Assembly: GCA_021373115.1 (NCBI GenBank)
Contig: JAJFTI010000002.1
Location: 25,868 to 89,867, forward strand
Origin: Eubacteriales bacterium
Lineage (GTDB): Bacteria; Bacillota; Clostridia; Christensenellales; CAG-138
DNA length: 64,000 nt
Reading direction: 5' to 3'
Part shown: positions 45,169 through 54,488 of the stretch, piece after piece
Layout of the letters: the number at the start of each line of letters is the position of its first letter
How positions within the stretch are numbered: position 1 is the first letter of the stretch
Program-made: the position numbers and the translations under genes
The notes under the pieces: model-generated
The model's database searches: none
Seen by the model: only the letters and a program-made list of their open reading frames with translations
What the model was told of the DNA's origin: nothing

Positions 45169-46100
45169 TGGATTGGATCGTATCCGTTGTTGCGGCGACG
45201 ATTGGGTATGCCGCTCCGGTTCTTTACGCCAGCCTTGGTGAAATCATTTCGGAGCGCGCGGGCGTCCTGAATCTGGGTCTTGAAGGCGTTATGCTCATTG
45301 GCGCCGTCACGGGCTATATTACAGCAGTAGAGAGCGGATCTTTGGCGCTGGCCATTTTGGCGACGATGTTGGCCGGGATGCTAACAGGTCTGGTATACGC
45401 CGTTCTGACCGTTACTCTGCAGACCAATCAGGTGGTCAGCGGACTGGCGCTGGTGACCGTTGGCACCGGTCTGTCGGGATTCTTTGGCAAACCCTATACG
45501 GCGGTAACCGGTTTGGAAGGGTTTAAGAATCTCGCGATCCCCGGCTTATCCCAGATACCGGTATTGGGGCCGATGCTTTTTAAGCAGAACGTAATGGTTT
45601 ATGCCCTCTATATTTTAGTGCCTTTGATCTACGTGTTTCTCTACAAAACACGTCCGGGGCTGAAGCTCAGGGCGCTGGGTGAAAACCCTGGCGCGCTGGA
45701 TGCCGCAGGGATGAACGTATTCGGCATGCGCTACTTATATGTCATTCTGGGGAATGCGATTGTTGCGCTCGGCGGCGCGTATTTCACGCTGGCGTACATC
45801 CCGGGCTGGCAGGATTCGATTACGGCCGGCAAAGGATGGATCGCCGCGGCGTTGGTGATCTTCTCCTCCTGGAATCCGGCAATGGCCACGGTTGGCGCGC
45901 TGATCTTTGGCGGCGTAGAGGTGCTGGGGCTGCGGCTGCAGGTGTTGTTTCCCAACATCGGCATTCCGACCTACTTCATCAGCATGCTGCCCTATGTGGC
46001 TACGGTTCTTGTGCTGATCCTCTCAACCGGCAGCTTCCGTAAGCACCGTAAGCCCGGACCGGCCGCGCTGGGAGCCTTTTACGACCGCGAGGCGCGCTGA
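45168..46100 (+). CDS. ABC transporter permease
   Basis: Polytopic. Its ATG overlaps the previous TAA (TAATG). Confidence 0.85.
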   Translation: MDWIVSVVAATIGYAAPVLYASLGEIISERAGVLNLGLEGVMLIGAVTGYITAVESGSLALAILATMLAGMLTGLVYAVLTVTLQTNQVVSGLALVTVGTGLSGFFGKPYTAVTGLEGFKNLAIPGLSQIPVLGPMLFKQNVMVYALYILVPLIYVFLYKTRPGLKLRALGENPGALDAAGMNVFGMRYLYVILGNAIVALGGAYFTLAYIPGWQDSITAGKGWIAAALVIFSSWNPAMATVGALIFGGVEVLGLRLQVLFPNIGIPTYFISMLPYVATVLVLILSTGSFRKHRKPGPAALGAFYDREAR

Positions 46101-46172
46101 GACCCGTCACTACCATGCTATTTCATTTGCGGGAAATCCGTAATAAAAAAACGAAAGAAAGCGAGAAAAAAA

Positions 46173-47378
46173 ATGAAGGTTACCAAAAAGCTCATCGGTC
46201 TACTCCTTGTATTGGCCCTCGCTCTGTCAGCGCTTACCGGCTGCGCGCAAACTAGCGCTCCGGTCGCTGCCGACACTTCCTCGGACAGCGCAGCTTCCGA
46301 CACTGCAGCGGCCGAACCCACCGAGGCTGCCGAAGCTGCCGAAGCAACCGAAGCAGCGGGAATTCCCTTATCCGAAATCAAGGTCGGCGTTGTTCTCAAC
46401 ACCATGAAGGAAGACGGCGGCTGGAGCCAGTCCCACAACGCTTCCTTCCTGGCCGCCAAAGAGCAACTGGGTCTTACGGACGATCAGATGATCATCATCG
46501 ACAACGTCCCGGATACCGGCAACGACTGCGCCAATACCATTGAGATGCTGATTGGCGAAGGCTGCAACATGATCTTTGGCACGTCTTCCGGTTTGACGGA
46601 CGCGATCCATGCCGAAGCGAAGCTGCATCCGGACGTTTATTTCCATCAGTTCGAAGGCGTACCCGCTGACAACTGCGCCAGCTACTCCGTACGCGATTGG
46701 GAAACCATGTTCCTCCTCGGCTATGCGGGCGCCAAGCTCTCGAACGGCGACAAGCTGGGCTTCATGGCCGCGCAGCCGCAGGCTTCCGTGGTCCGCGCAG
46801 TGAACGCGTATGCCCTGGGCGCCAAGTATGCCAACCCGAACGCAACCGTTCAGGTTGTTTGGGCCAACAGCTGGTATGATCCCGCCAAGGAAAAAGAGGG
46901 CGCGACCTCCATGCTTGCGAGCGGCATCAACGTACTGGGCTATCACGGCTCCACAACGGCGGTAGCCGAGGCTTGCACCGATGCGGGCGCCTTCATGTCC
47001 GGCTTCCATATCGATATGCACGATTACGCGCCGACGGCCGTCTATTCTTCCCATATGTGGAACTGGACTCCGCTGTATGTTGAATTCATCAATCGTGCGG
47101 TGGCAGGCACCTGGACCGGCGAAATGCTCTATATGGGTATTGACAGCGGCTGCGCCCAGCTGGCTCCCTGGAATACCGACATCGTCTCTGCGGACCTCAT
47201 CGCCGAACTGAATGGCGTACAGGCCAAGCTGGAATCCGGTGAAATCCAGGTCTTCGGTGGCCCGCTGTCGGACAACACCGGCAAGGAAGTGCTTGCTGCC
47301 GGCGCCGAATTCACCAACGATCAGCTGATTGGCATGATGTTCCTCGTGGATAACGTGATTGGACAGCTGCCCAGCTAA
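46173..47378 (+). CDS. BMP family (PnrA/Med-like) ABC substrate-binding lipoprotein
   Basis: Lipobox LSALTGC and an Ala/Glu/Thr-rich linker with the near-repeat AEPTEAAEAAEATEAA. Then IKVGVVLNTMKEDGGWSQSHN.., typical of basic-membrane-protein family binding proteins. Confidence 0.85.
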   Translation: MKVTKKLIGLLLVLALALSALTGCAQTSAPVAADTSSDSAASDTAAAEPTEAAEAAEATEAAGIPLSEIKVGVVLNTMKEDGGWSQSHNASFLAAKEQLGLTDDQMIIIDNVPDTGNDCANTIEMLIGEGCNMIFGTSSGLTDAIHAEAKLHPDVYFHQFEGVPADNCASYSVRDWETMFLLGYAGAKLSNGDKLGFMAAQPQASVVRAVNAYALGAKYANPNATVQVVWANSWYDPAKEKEGATSMLASGINVLGYHGSTTAVAEACTDAGAFMSGFHIDMHDYAPTAVYSSHMWNWTPLYVEFINRAVAGTWTGEMLYMGIDSGCAQLAPWNTDIVSADLIAELNGVQAKLESGEIQVFGGPLSDNTGKEVLAAGAEFTNDQLIGMMFLVDNVIGQLPS

Positions 47379-47406
47379 AAGAACGGTTTCATAATCGAGC
47401 AGAAGA

Positions 47407-47438
47407 AAGGGAATGCTCGCAAAAGCGAGCATTCCCTT
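47407..47438 (+). promoter_or_regulatory. Intercistronic stem-loop after the binding-protein gene
   Basis: 14-bp perfect stem AAGGGAATGCTCGC/GCGAGCATTCCCTT with loop AAAA, immediately before the GAAGGAGG RBS of the next gene. Confidence 0.6.
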
Positions 47439-47460
47439 CCATGAAGGAGGAAAAACTGAT

Positions 47461-48870
47461 ATGATGAAAATACTCATTAAGAATGCCAAGGCGATTGTGA
47501 CTTGCAACGATTCCGACCAGGTGCTGTTCGATTCGGATATCCTTCTTAACGGAAAGGAGATCGAGGCGATCGGCCATGATCTCAGCGCCGACGGCGCAAA
47601 GGTGATTGATGCCCATAAAATGTTTGTGTATCCGGGGCTGATCAATACACATCATCACTTTTTACAGGCATTTACCCGCAGCATTCCGCAGCTGCAGCAG
47701 GCCACCCTGTTCGACTGGCTGATCTTCATGTATGAAGTTTGGACGTTGGTCGATCCGGAACATGTTTATTACAGTAGCCTGGTGGGCATGAGCGAATTGG
47801 TTAAGTATGGCTGCACAACGGCGTTTGACCACCACTTCTGCTTTCCGCAGGGAGTCGATAAAGTACTGATCGATCGCCAGATGACAGCGGCGGAACAGGT
47901 TGGCATCCGCTACCATGCAGGCCGCAGCTGTTTCACGCTTACCCACAAGGATGGCGGACTGCCACCGGATGTTCTGGGCGAAACCGTAGATGAATTCATC
48001 AAGGATTGCGACCGCCTGATCGATACTTACCATGAATACGACCGCTTTGGCATGAAGCGGGTGGTGGTTGCTCCGTGTTCGCCATTCTCCGTGACGGATG
48101 ATACGATTACCGAGGCCGTCAAACTGGCAAGAAGCAAAAAAGTGCGCATGCATTCGCACTTGGCGGAAGCGCCGGACGAAACCGTTTACATGCGGGACAG
48201 GCACAACATGACCTCGCTCGAGTGGGCGCAGAAACTGGGGTTTATTGGGCCGGATATCTGGTATGCCCACGGTATCTGCTTCAGCGATGACGAAGTAAGG
48301 ATTTTAGGAGAAACCCAAACCGGCGTTGCCCACTGCCCGGTTTCCAATATGAAGACCTGCGCAGGGTTCATGAAACTGCCGCTCATGAAGAAATACGACG
48401 TGCCCGTTGGACTGGCGGTGGATGGTTACGGCGCACAGGACGGCTCCAACCTGCTTGGTGAAATCCGCATGGCATACCTCATGCATCGAATGAACGCCAA
48501 CCACCAGGAAGCGCCCTCCGGCTACGAATGCCTGAAACTGGCAACACGCGGCAGCGCGCGGGTGCTGGGGCGCGATGATGTTGGCTCCCTGGAAGTCGGC
48601 AAGGCAGCGGATCTGTTTATGATTGATGTGGATCGTCTGGAATACGCAGGCGGGTTGCTGGATCCCGGCGCTTTCCCGGCCGTGGTTGGATATAACCGGC
48701 CTGTCGAAATGACGATTATTAACGGCAAGATCGTTTGGGAAAACGGCGTACTGCACGGAATAGACGAGGAAGCCGTTAAAGCGAAGGCAAATGAAATTGC
48801 GAAGCGTGTCTACAGCAGCGGCGTATATGCCCGCGAGACGGCACGCATGGATAAAAAATACGCGAAATGA
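47461..48870 (+). CDS. Amidohydrolase-superfamily deaminase (COG0402; 8-oxoguanine/guanine/chlorohydrolase-like), paralogue 1
   Basis: PGLINTHHHFLQAFTR (HxH), HSHLAE, WYAHGI and GLAVDG blocks. Confidence 0.85.
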   Translation: MMKILIKNAKAIVTCNDSDQVLFDSDILLNGKEIEAIGHDLSADGAKVIDAHKMFVYPGLINTHHHFLQAFTRSIPQLQQATLFDWLIFMYEVWTLVDPEHVYYSSLVGMSELVKYGCTTAFDHHFCFPQGVDKVLIDRQMTAAEQVGIRYHAGRSCFTLTHKDGGLPPDVLGETVDEFIKDCDRLIDTYHEYDRFGMKRVVVAPCSPFSVTDDTITEAVKLARSKKVRMHSHLAEAPDETVYMRDRHNMTSLEWAQKLGFIGPDIWYAHGICFSDDEVRILGETQTGVAHCPVSNMKTCAGFMKLPLMKKYDVPVGLAVDGYGAQDGSNLLGEIRMAYLMHRMNANHQEAPSGYECLKLATRGSARVLGRDDVGSLEVGKAADLFMIDVDRLEYAGGLLDPGAFPAVVGYNRPVEMTIINGKIVWENGVLHGIDEEAVKAKANEIAKRVYSSGVYARETARMDKKYAK

Positions 48871-48948
48871 ATAACGGTAGGGTGGGGATTTATATCCCCG
48901 CCCTGCTCTGATAAAGCAGATAACAGTATACCCTTTGAGGTGGTATGA

Positions 48949-51225
48949 ATGAAAAAATATAACGTAGTCGGCAAGAGCGTACCCCGTATTGACGCTTGGG
49001 CGAAAGCGACCGGCGCGGCGAAATATGTCGGCGACATGCAGCGACCGGACATGCTTCACGCGAAAATACTGCACAGTCCGCTGGCGCATGCCTGGATCAG
49101 GCGCATCGACGTAAGCCGTGCTGCCGCCCTGCCCGGAGTGCGCGCGGTGATTACATATATGGATGTACCGCAGATCCCCTTTACCACTTGCGGGCATCCT
49201 TATCCGTTTGATACGCCGAAGGACAGTCTGATTCTATCCCGGCATCTTCGCTATGTTGGCGATCCTGTGGCTGCGGTTGCGGCGGATACGCAGGAGATCG
49301 CTTTGGATGCGCTGGAATTGATCGAGGTGGAATACGAGGAACTGCCCGCCTATTTTACGATTGACGCGGCATTGGCGGAAGGCGCGGTGGAACTGCACGA
49401 GGGGCTGAAGAATCTGGCGGGCGAAAGCGAGTTCGAAATAGGAGACGTAGAAGGCGCCATGGCGCAGGCCGACTTCATTATTGAGGATACCGTCGAGACG
49501 CCCATTGTGACCCATAGCCCCATTGAGCCGCATGTTTCTCTCGTTGAACTGGACGAGCAGGGGCGGCTGGTGTGCTATTTCTCCACGCAGGTTCCCAGCA
49601 TCATGCGCGAGCGTTTAGCGTATGCCCTCGGCATGCGGATGGGGCAGATCCGGGTTGTCAAGGGTCACGTTGGCGGTGGTTTCGGCGGCAAACAGGAGCC
49701 GATTTTTGAACCCATTAACGCTGTCCTTACCATGAAAACCGGGAAACCCGTGCGATTGGAACTCACGCGTGAAGAGTGCCTTGCCTGCACGCGCACGCGG
49801 CATTCCGCACGAATTCATATGCGCACCGGCTTGACGCGGGACGGGAAAATGCTGGCCCGTATCATGGACATTGACCAGAACACCGGCGCTTATTCTTCCC
49901 ACGGGCATAACGTGGTATTTGCGATTGCGATGGCTTTTGCTACGTTGTATCCAACGCCGAACCTGCGATTCCACGGCAGAAGCGTTTATACCAATATTCC
50001 AATTGCCGGTGCCATGCGCGCGTACGGCTGTCCCCAGTATGCCTTTGCCATGGAATCCCATGTGGAGCATATGGCTCGCGAACTGGGGATCGATTCCCTG
50101 GAGTTCCGGCGAAAAAACAGTTATCATTTGGGAGACCCAATCAATTTTCCGCATGTTTCCGTGAGCACCTGCGGCCTGCAGGATGCGATTGATCAATGCG
50201 AAGAGGCGATCGGCTATCAGGCTTTCCTCAAGGAGCCGCGAAGCGACGGAACGAGCAAGCGCGGCATCGGTACGGCGCTGTTCAGCTATGGTCAGAGCTG
50301 CTATCCGCACAGCGTGGAGCTTTCCGGCGCGCGCGTGCGCGTAAACGAGGACGCGACCGCCACGCTCTACATCGGCTGCGCGGAGATCGGGCAGGGTACG
50401 GATACGGTTATGCTGCAGATTGCGGCGGAGGCCTCGGGAATCCCGCTTGCAGACATAAACCTTGTGGCGGTAGACACCGATTCCTGTCCCTTTGATCCGG
50501 GCGCGTATGCCTCCCGTCAAACGTATGTGGCGGGGCATGCGGTGAAAAAAGCGGCCGCGGCATGCAAGGAACAAATCCTGCGCTATGCGGTCAACAAACT
50601 TTCGGTGAACTACGAGCGGCTGGATGCGGCGGACGGCTGGATCATCGACCGCGATACGGATCAACGCATGGTTTCCCTGAAGGAAATCACCATGCAAATG
50701 TATTACGACTGCCATACGCCGGTGACGATTTGCCAGGAAGAATCATTCGCGCCCACGGACAATATGCTGACATTCGGCGTTTCCATGGCCATTGTGAAGG
50801 TGGATACGGCCACCGGAAAAGTCGAGGTGGAGAAACTGGTTACCGCGATAGACTCCGGGCGCATTATCAACCCGCAGCTCGCAATGGGGCAGCTCAACGG
50901 CGGCAATATCATGAGCCTGGGATATGGCCTTTCCGAGCAGCTCTTAATCGATCCGAAAAGCGGCCGCGTCCTGAACGACAACCTGCTCGATTATAAGGTG
51001 CCAACGTTTGCGGACGTACCGCCGATTGAGGGATACTTTATCGAAACCGACGAGCCTTCCAGTGCCTACGGAAATAAGTCTCTGGGTGAGCCGCCGAACA
51101 TAGCTCCGGCAGTGGCGGTGCGCAATGCCGTTCTGGACGCTACGGGCGTAGCCATAAACCAGGGCCCCTTAACTCCGGAACGGGTGTATCTTGCGCTGAA
51201 GGCTGCAAAAGAGCAGGAGGTATGA
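48949..51225 (+). CDS. Xanthine dehydrogenase family molybdopterin-binding large subunit
   Basis: 758 aa. N-terminal a/b-hammerhead part (VGKSVPRIDAWAKATGAAKYVGD), GGGFGGK, and the C-terminal active-site region GNKSLGEPP. Confidence 0.9.
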   Translation: MKKYNVVGKSVPRIDAWAKATGAAKYVGDMQRPDMLHAKILHSPLAHAWIRRIDVSRAAALPGVRAVITYMDVPQIPFTTCGHPYPFDTPKDSLILSRHLRYVGDPVAAVAADTQEIALDALELIEVEYEELPAYFTIDAALAEGAVELHEGLKNLAGESEFEIGDVEGAMAQADFIIEDTVETPIVTHSPIEPHVSLVELDEQGRLVCYFSTQVPSIMRERLAYALGMRMGQIRVVKGHVGGGFGGKQEPIFEPINAVLTMKTGKPVRLELTREECLACTRTRHSARIHMRTGLTRDGKMLARIMDIDQNTGAYSSHGHNVVFAIAMAFATLYPTPNLRFHGRSVYTNIPIAGAMRAYGCPQYAFAMESHVEHMARELGIDSLEFRRKNSYHLGDPINFPHVSVSTCGLQDAIDQCEEAIGYQAFLKEPRSDGTSKRGIGTALFSYGQSCYPHSVELSGARVRVNEDATATLYIGCAEIGQGTDTVMLQIAAEASGIPLADINLVAVDTDSCPFDPGAYASRQTYVAGHAVKKAAAACKEQILRYAVNKLSVNYERLDAADGWIIDRDTDQRMVSLKEITMQMYYDCHTPVTICQEESFAPTDNMLTFGVSMAIVKVDTATGKVEVEKLVTAIDSGRIINPQLAMGQLNGGNIMSLGYGLSEQLLIDPKSGRVLNDNLLDYKVPTFADVPPIEGYFIETDEPSSAYGNKSLGEPPNIAPAVAVRNAVLDATGVAINQGPLTPERVYLALKAAKEQEV

Positions 51226-51226
51226 C

Positions 51227-52102
51227 ATGTATTTCGTAAAGAAATTATACCTGCCGGAAACGCTGCCCGAAGCGTTGAAGATACTCAAAGAGCATCCGGA
51301 AACGACAATTCTTGCCGGCGGAACGGATGTATTGGTGAAAATGCGTCATAAGCGCATGCGGGACGTAACGTTGCTCTCCTTGGCCAAACTGCCGCTGTCC
51401 GGCGTTGAGGACAAGGGGGATGAGATCGTCATTGGCCCGGGAACCACCTTTACCGCACTCGCCGAGAACCCGATCATGCAAACCCGGCTTCCAATGCTGT
51501 GTACGGCTGCACGATCGATGGGCGGGCCGCAGATTCAGAACGTCGCTACCATTGGTGGCAACGTCTGCAACGGCGCTACATCGGCGGACAGCGCGCCGTC
51601 GCTGTTCGCTCTGGATGCGGTGCTTACGCTTACCAGCGCGGGCGGAGACCGCCGCGTACCAATTCGTGAATTCTATACCGGCCCGGGCCGGGTAAAGCTG
51701 GAAAGCGGAGAGATGCTCACGGCCATCCATATCCCCGCAGGAGAGCAGGCGCGCTGGGGTGGGGTCTATATCAAGTTTTCCACACGCAAGGCTATGGACA
51801 TCGCAATTTTGGGCAGCGCCGCGGTTTGCGAACTCGGCGAAGACGGACGCGTAATAAAGGCTGCCATCGCCATGGGCGTTGCCGCGCCTACGCCGGTGCG
51901 CTGCACGGACGCGGAGGCGCTGCTTACCGGTAAAACACCGACGGCGGAGCTGCTGCAGGAGGCAGGACGGCTTGCGTTAACAGCCTGCAGCCCCAGAAGC
52001 TCCTGGCGCGCGACAAAAGAATACCGGGAGGCGCTGATTCAGGAACTGTCCGTTCGGGCGTTTCAGGAAGCCTATCGCCTGGCAGGAGGGAAAGCGCTAT
52101 GA
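51227..52102 (+). CDS. Xanthine dehydrogenase family FAD-binding medium subunit
   Basis: AGGTDVLV.. and IGGNVCNGATSADS motifs of CoxM/XdhB-type FAD subunits. Starts 2 nt after the large subunit. Confidence 0.85.
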   Translation: MYFVKKLYLPETLPEALKILKEHPETTILAGGTDVLVKMRHKRMRDVTLLSLAKLPLSGVEDKGDEIVIGPGTTFTALAENPIMQTRLPMLCTAARSMGGPQIQNVATIGGNVCNGATSADSAPSLFALDAVLTLTSAGGDRRVPIREFYTGPGRVKLESGEMLTAIHIPAGEQARWGGVYIKFSTRKAMDIAILGSAAVCELGEDGRVIKAAIAMGVAAPTPVRCTDAEALLTGKTPTAELLQEAGRLALTACSPRSSWRATKEYREALIQELSVRAFQEAYRLAGGKAL

Positions 52103-52569
52103 TTGAAATCAAATGTACCGTTAACGGCAAGCCGACGCAGGTGCGCATAGAGGAAGGGGAAACGCTGCTCGATATGATTCGGGAACGCCTTGGCCTCACC
52201 GGAACCAAGCGCGGCTGCGAGGTTGGAGAATGCGGCGCATGCACCGTTTTACTGGACGGCGTGCCCACGGACTCCTGCCTGATGCTGGCGGCGCTGGCGG
52301 ACGGAAAGGATATCCTGACCATAGAAGGGATATCCAGCGGCAGGGAACTCTCCGTCATGCAGCAGGCGTTTGTGGACGAAGGCGCAATCCAGTGCGGTTA
52401 TTGCACGCCTGGAATGATACTGACCGCCCACGCCTTGCTGAAGAAGAATAAAAACCCCACGGCGGAGGACATCAAACGGGAACTGGCGGGGAATATGTGC
52501 CGCTGCGCCGCCTATAATCAGATCATCAACGCCGTGCAGAAAGCCGCCCGGGAAGAAAACAAAGACTGA
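52099..52569 (+). CDS. Xanthine dehydrogenase family [2Fe-2S] small subunit
   Basis: GCEVGECGACTV and CGYCTPG..NMCRC motifs. Overlaps the previous stop. Confidence 0.9.
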   Translation: MIEIKCTVNGKPTQVRIEEGETLLDMIRERLGLTGTKRGCEVGECGACTVLLDGVPTDSCLMLAALADGKDILTIEGISSGRELSVMQQAFVDEGAIQCGYCTPGMILTAHALLKKNKNPTAEDIKRELAGNMCRCAAYNQIINAVQKAAREENKD

Positions 52570-52595
52570 GCAACCTTTAAAAGGAAAAGAACGAT

Positions 52596-53963
52596 ATGCA
52601 AAAAATACTGATTCAAAATGCCGACGCGATCATCACCTGCGATAAAAACGACCGTCTGCTCAAGGGCTGCGACATCCGGATAGAGGATAACCGGATTGCC
52701 GCCATCGGGCAAAACCTGCCCGCGGAGGGTGCGGAGATCATTGACGGAAGAGGCCGTTTCGTATATCCGGGACTTGTTAACACCCATCACCACCTGCTGC
52801 AGGCGTTCAGCCGCAACATTCCGGCTATCCAGAGTTCGGAGCTGTTCGACTGGCTGCTGTATCTATACAACGTATGGTGCAACGTGAATCCGGATTATAT
52901 TTACTACAGTTCCATGGTAGCCATGGGCGAATTCGTCAAATTTGGCGGCACCACGATGTTCGACCATCACTTCGCGTTTCCCAGAAGCTCGAAAAAAGAG
53001 ATCATCGACCGTGAGTTCGACGCGGCGGCGGAGCTGGGAGTCCGGTTCCACGCAGGCCGCAGTTCCTTTACGCGGGGCAAATCCAAGGGCGGGTTGCCGC
53101 CGGAGGAGCTCATCGAGACCACGGAAGAAACGCTTGTGGACAGCGAACGTCTGATCGACAAATATCATGATCCCAGGGAGTTCTCCATGCGGCAGGTGGC
53201 GGTTGCGCCCTGCTCGCCTTTCTCGGTGGATACCGACGTGATGGTGGAATCCGTCAAGCTGGCGCGCCGGCGCGGCGTACGGCTGCATACGCATCTGGCT
53301 GAAACCATGGACGAAGAGCGTTACTGTCTGGAAGTCTACGGCAGGCGCCCGCTTGATTGGGCGGAGGACTGCGGCTTTATCGGTTCGGATGTATGGTATG
53401 CGCATGGCATCCACTTTACGGACGAGGAAGTGGCTCGCCTGGCAAAGACAAAAACCGGCGTGTCCCACAACCCCGTTTCCAATATGAAGCTCTCCAGCGG
53501 CGTTTGCAAGGTACCGCTCATGCTGGAATTGGGCGTTCCGGTGGGGTTGGCGGTGGATGGCTGCGGCAGCAACGATGCCTCGAACCTGCTCAATGAAATC
53601 CGTATTGCCTATTTGCTGCACCGGCTGAATTCCGGCAACAAAGCACCCACGGGCTACGGCATCCTGAAGCTGGCGACTTGCGGCAGCGCGGAACTGCTGG
53701 GCCGCAGCGACATCGGCAGCCTGGAAGTTGGCAAAGCCGCGGACTTGTTCATGATCAACGTGGATCTTCTGGACTGCGTCGGCGCGGTGATGGATCCCAT
53801 GTCGTTTCTCGGTACCGTCGGCTATACGCGGCCGGTGGAACTTACAATGGTCAACGGCAAGGTCGTGTGGAAAGACGGCCGCCTGCAGGGAATCGACGAG
53901 GACAAGATCAAGGTGGCGGCAAGGGCAGAGGTGAAAAAGGTCTACGATAAAATTGAGGGCTGA
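52596..53963 (+). CDS. Amidohydrolase-superfamily deaminase (COG0402), paralogue 2
   Basis: Collinear with 47461..48870 over its whole length (PGLVNTHHHLLQAFSR, HTHLAE, WYAHGIHF, GLAVDG). By eye roughly half the residues are identical. Confidence 0.85.
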   Translation: MQKILIQNADAIITCDKNDRLLKGCDIRIEDNRIAAIGQNLPAEGAEIIDGRGRFVYPGLVNTHHHLLQAFSRNIPAIQSSELFDWLLYLYNVWCNVNPDYIYYSSMVAMGEFVKFGGTTMFDHHFAFPRSSKKEIIDREFDAAAELGVRFHAGRSSFTRGKSKGGLPPEELIETTEETLVDSERLIDKYHDPREFSMRQVAVAPCSPFSVDTDVMVESVKLARRRGVRLHTHLAETMDEERYCLEVYGRRPLDWAEDCGFIGSDVWYAHGIHFTDEEVARLAKTKTGVSHNPVSNMKLSSGVCKVPLMLELGVPVGLAVDGCGSNDASNLLNEIRIAYLLHRLNSGNKAPTGYGILKLATCGSAELLGRSDIGSLEVGKAADLFMINVDLLDCVGAVMDPMSFLGTVGYTRPVELTMVNGKVVWKDGRLQGIDEDKIKVAARAEVKKVYDKIEG

Positions 53964-53994
53964 AGCGGGGAATCCGATAAGGAGTCGATCTAAG

Positions 53995-54366
53995 ATGCGG
54001 CATTTTTCATACGCTGCGGCCTTTATCGCGCCGTTTGGCGTTTATACCGACGACTTGATCCGAACGACCGCGCGCAGTTTCCGCGAAGGGCTGGACGGGC
54101 AGGCGAATGCCTTTGCGAATTTGGAATTTCGTGCCGAATCGGAGGAAGGCGTGGCGCTGCTGCGCTGCGACGGCTCGGACGGGGTTTTGAAGGTGGAGCA
54201 GGAGGTCGGCCTCTACAGCCTGCATGGCACGATACGCGTCAGCATGGAAGCAGAGTCGCCCGACCGCGCCAAGGCGGCTCTGGTGCGCGCTTTCGAGCAG
54301 GTAACTGCGGAAAAGGGCGCTACCATTCTGGAGCAATCGTTCGGAATGGATGACACGAAGAAATAA
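53995..54366 (+). CDS. Hypothetical small protein (123 aa)
   Basis: AAGGAG lies 10 nt before ATG 53995. Host-like composition, no recognised motif. Coding status inferred only from context. Confidence 0.45.
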   Translation: MRHFSYAAAFIAPFGVYTDDLIRTTARSFREGLDGQANAFANLEFRAESEEGVALLRCDGSDGVLKVEQEVGLYSLHGTIRVSMEAESPDRAKAALVRAFEQVTAEKGATILEQSFGMDDTKK

Positions 54367-54488
54367 AGCGCGCAACCGAACAAATTATATCCCATGCAGA
54401 CGGGCGGCCCTGAAGGATCCCGCTGATGAATGGACACCTTCCATAGCACTTTTCTTACAGGGCGGCTTTCGATCCGGGGGGCGAAACA

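Noticed and set aside
46368-47645. 425-aa minus-strand ORF opposite the BMP lipoprotein gene
   Set aside because: Antisense artefact. It also spans a hairpin and the RBS of the next plus-strand gene.
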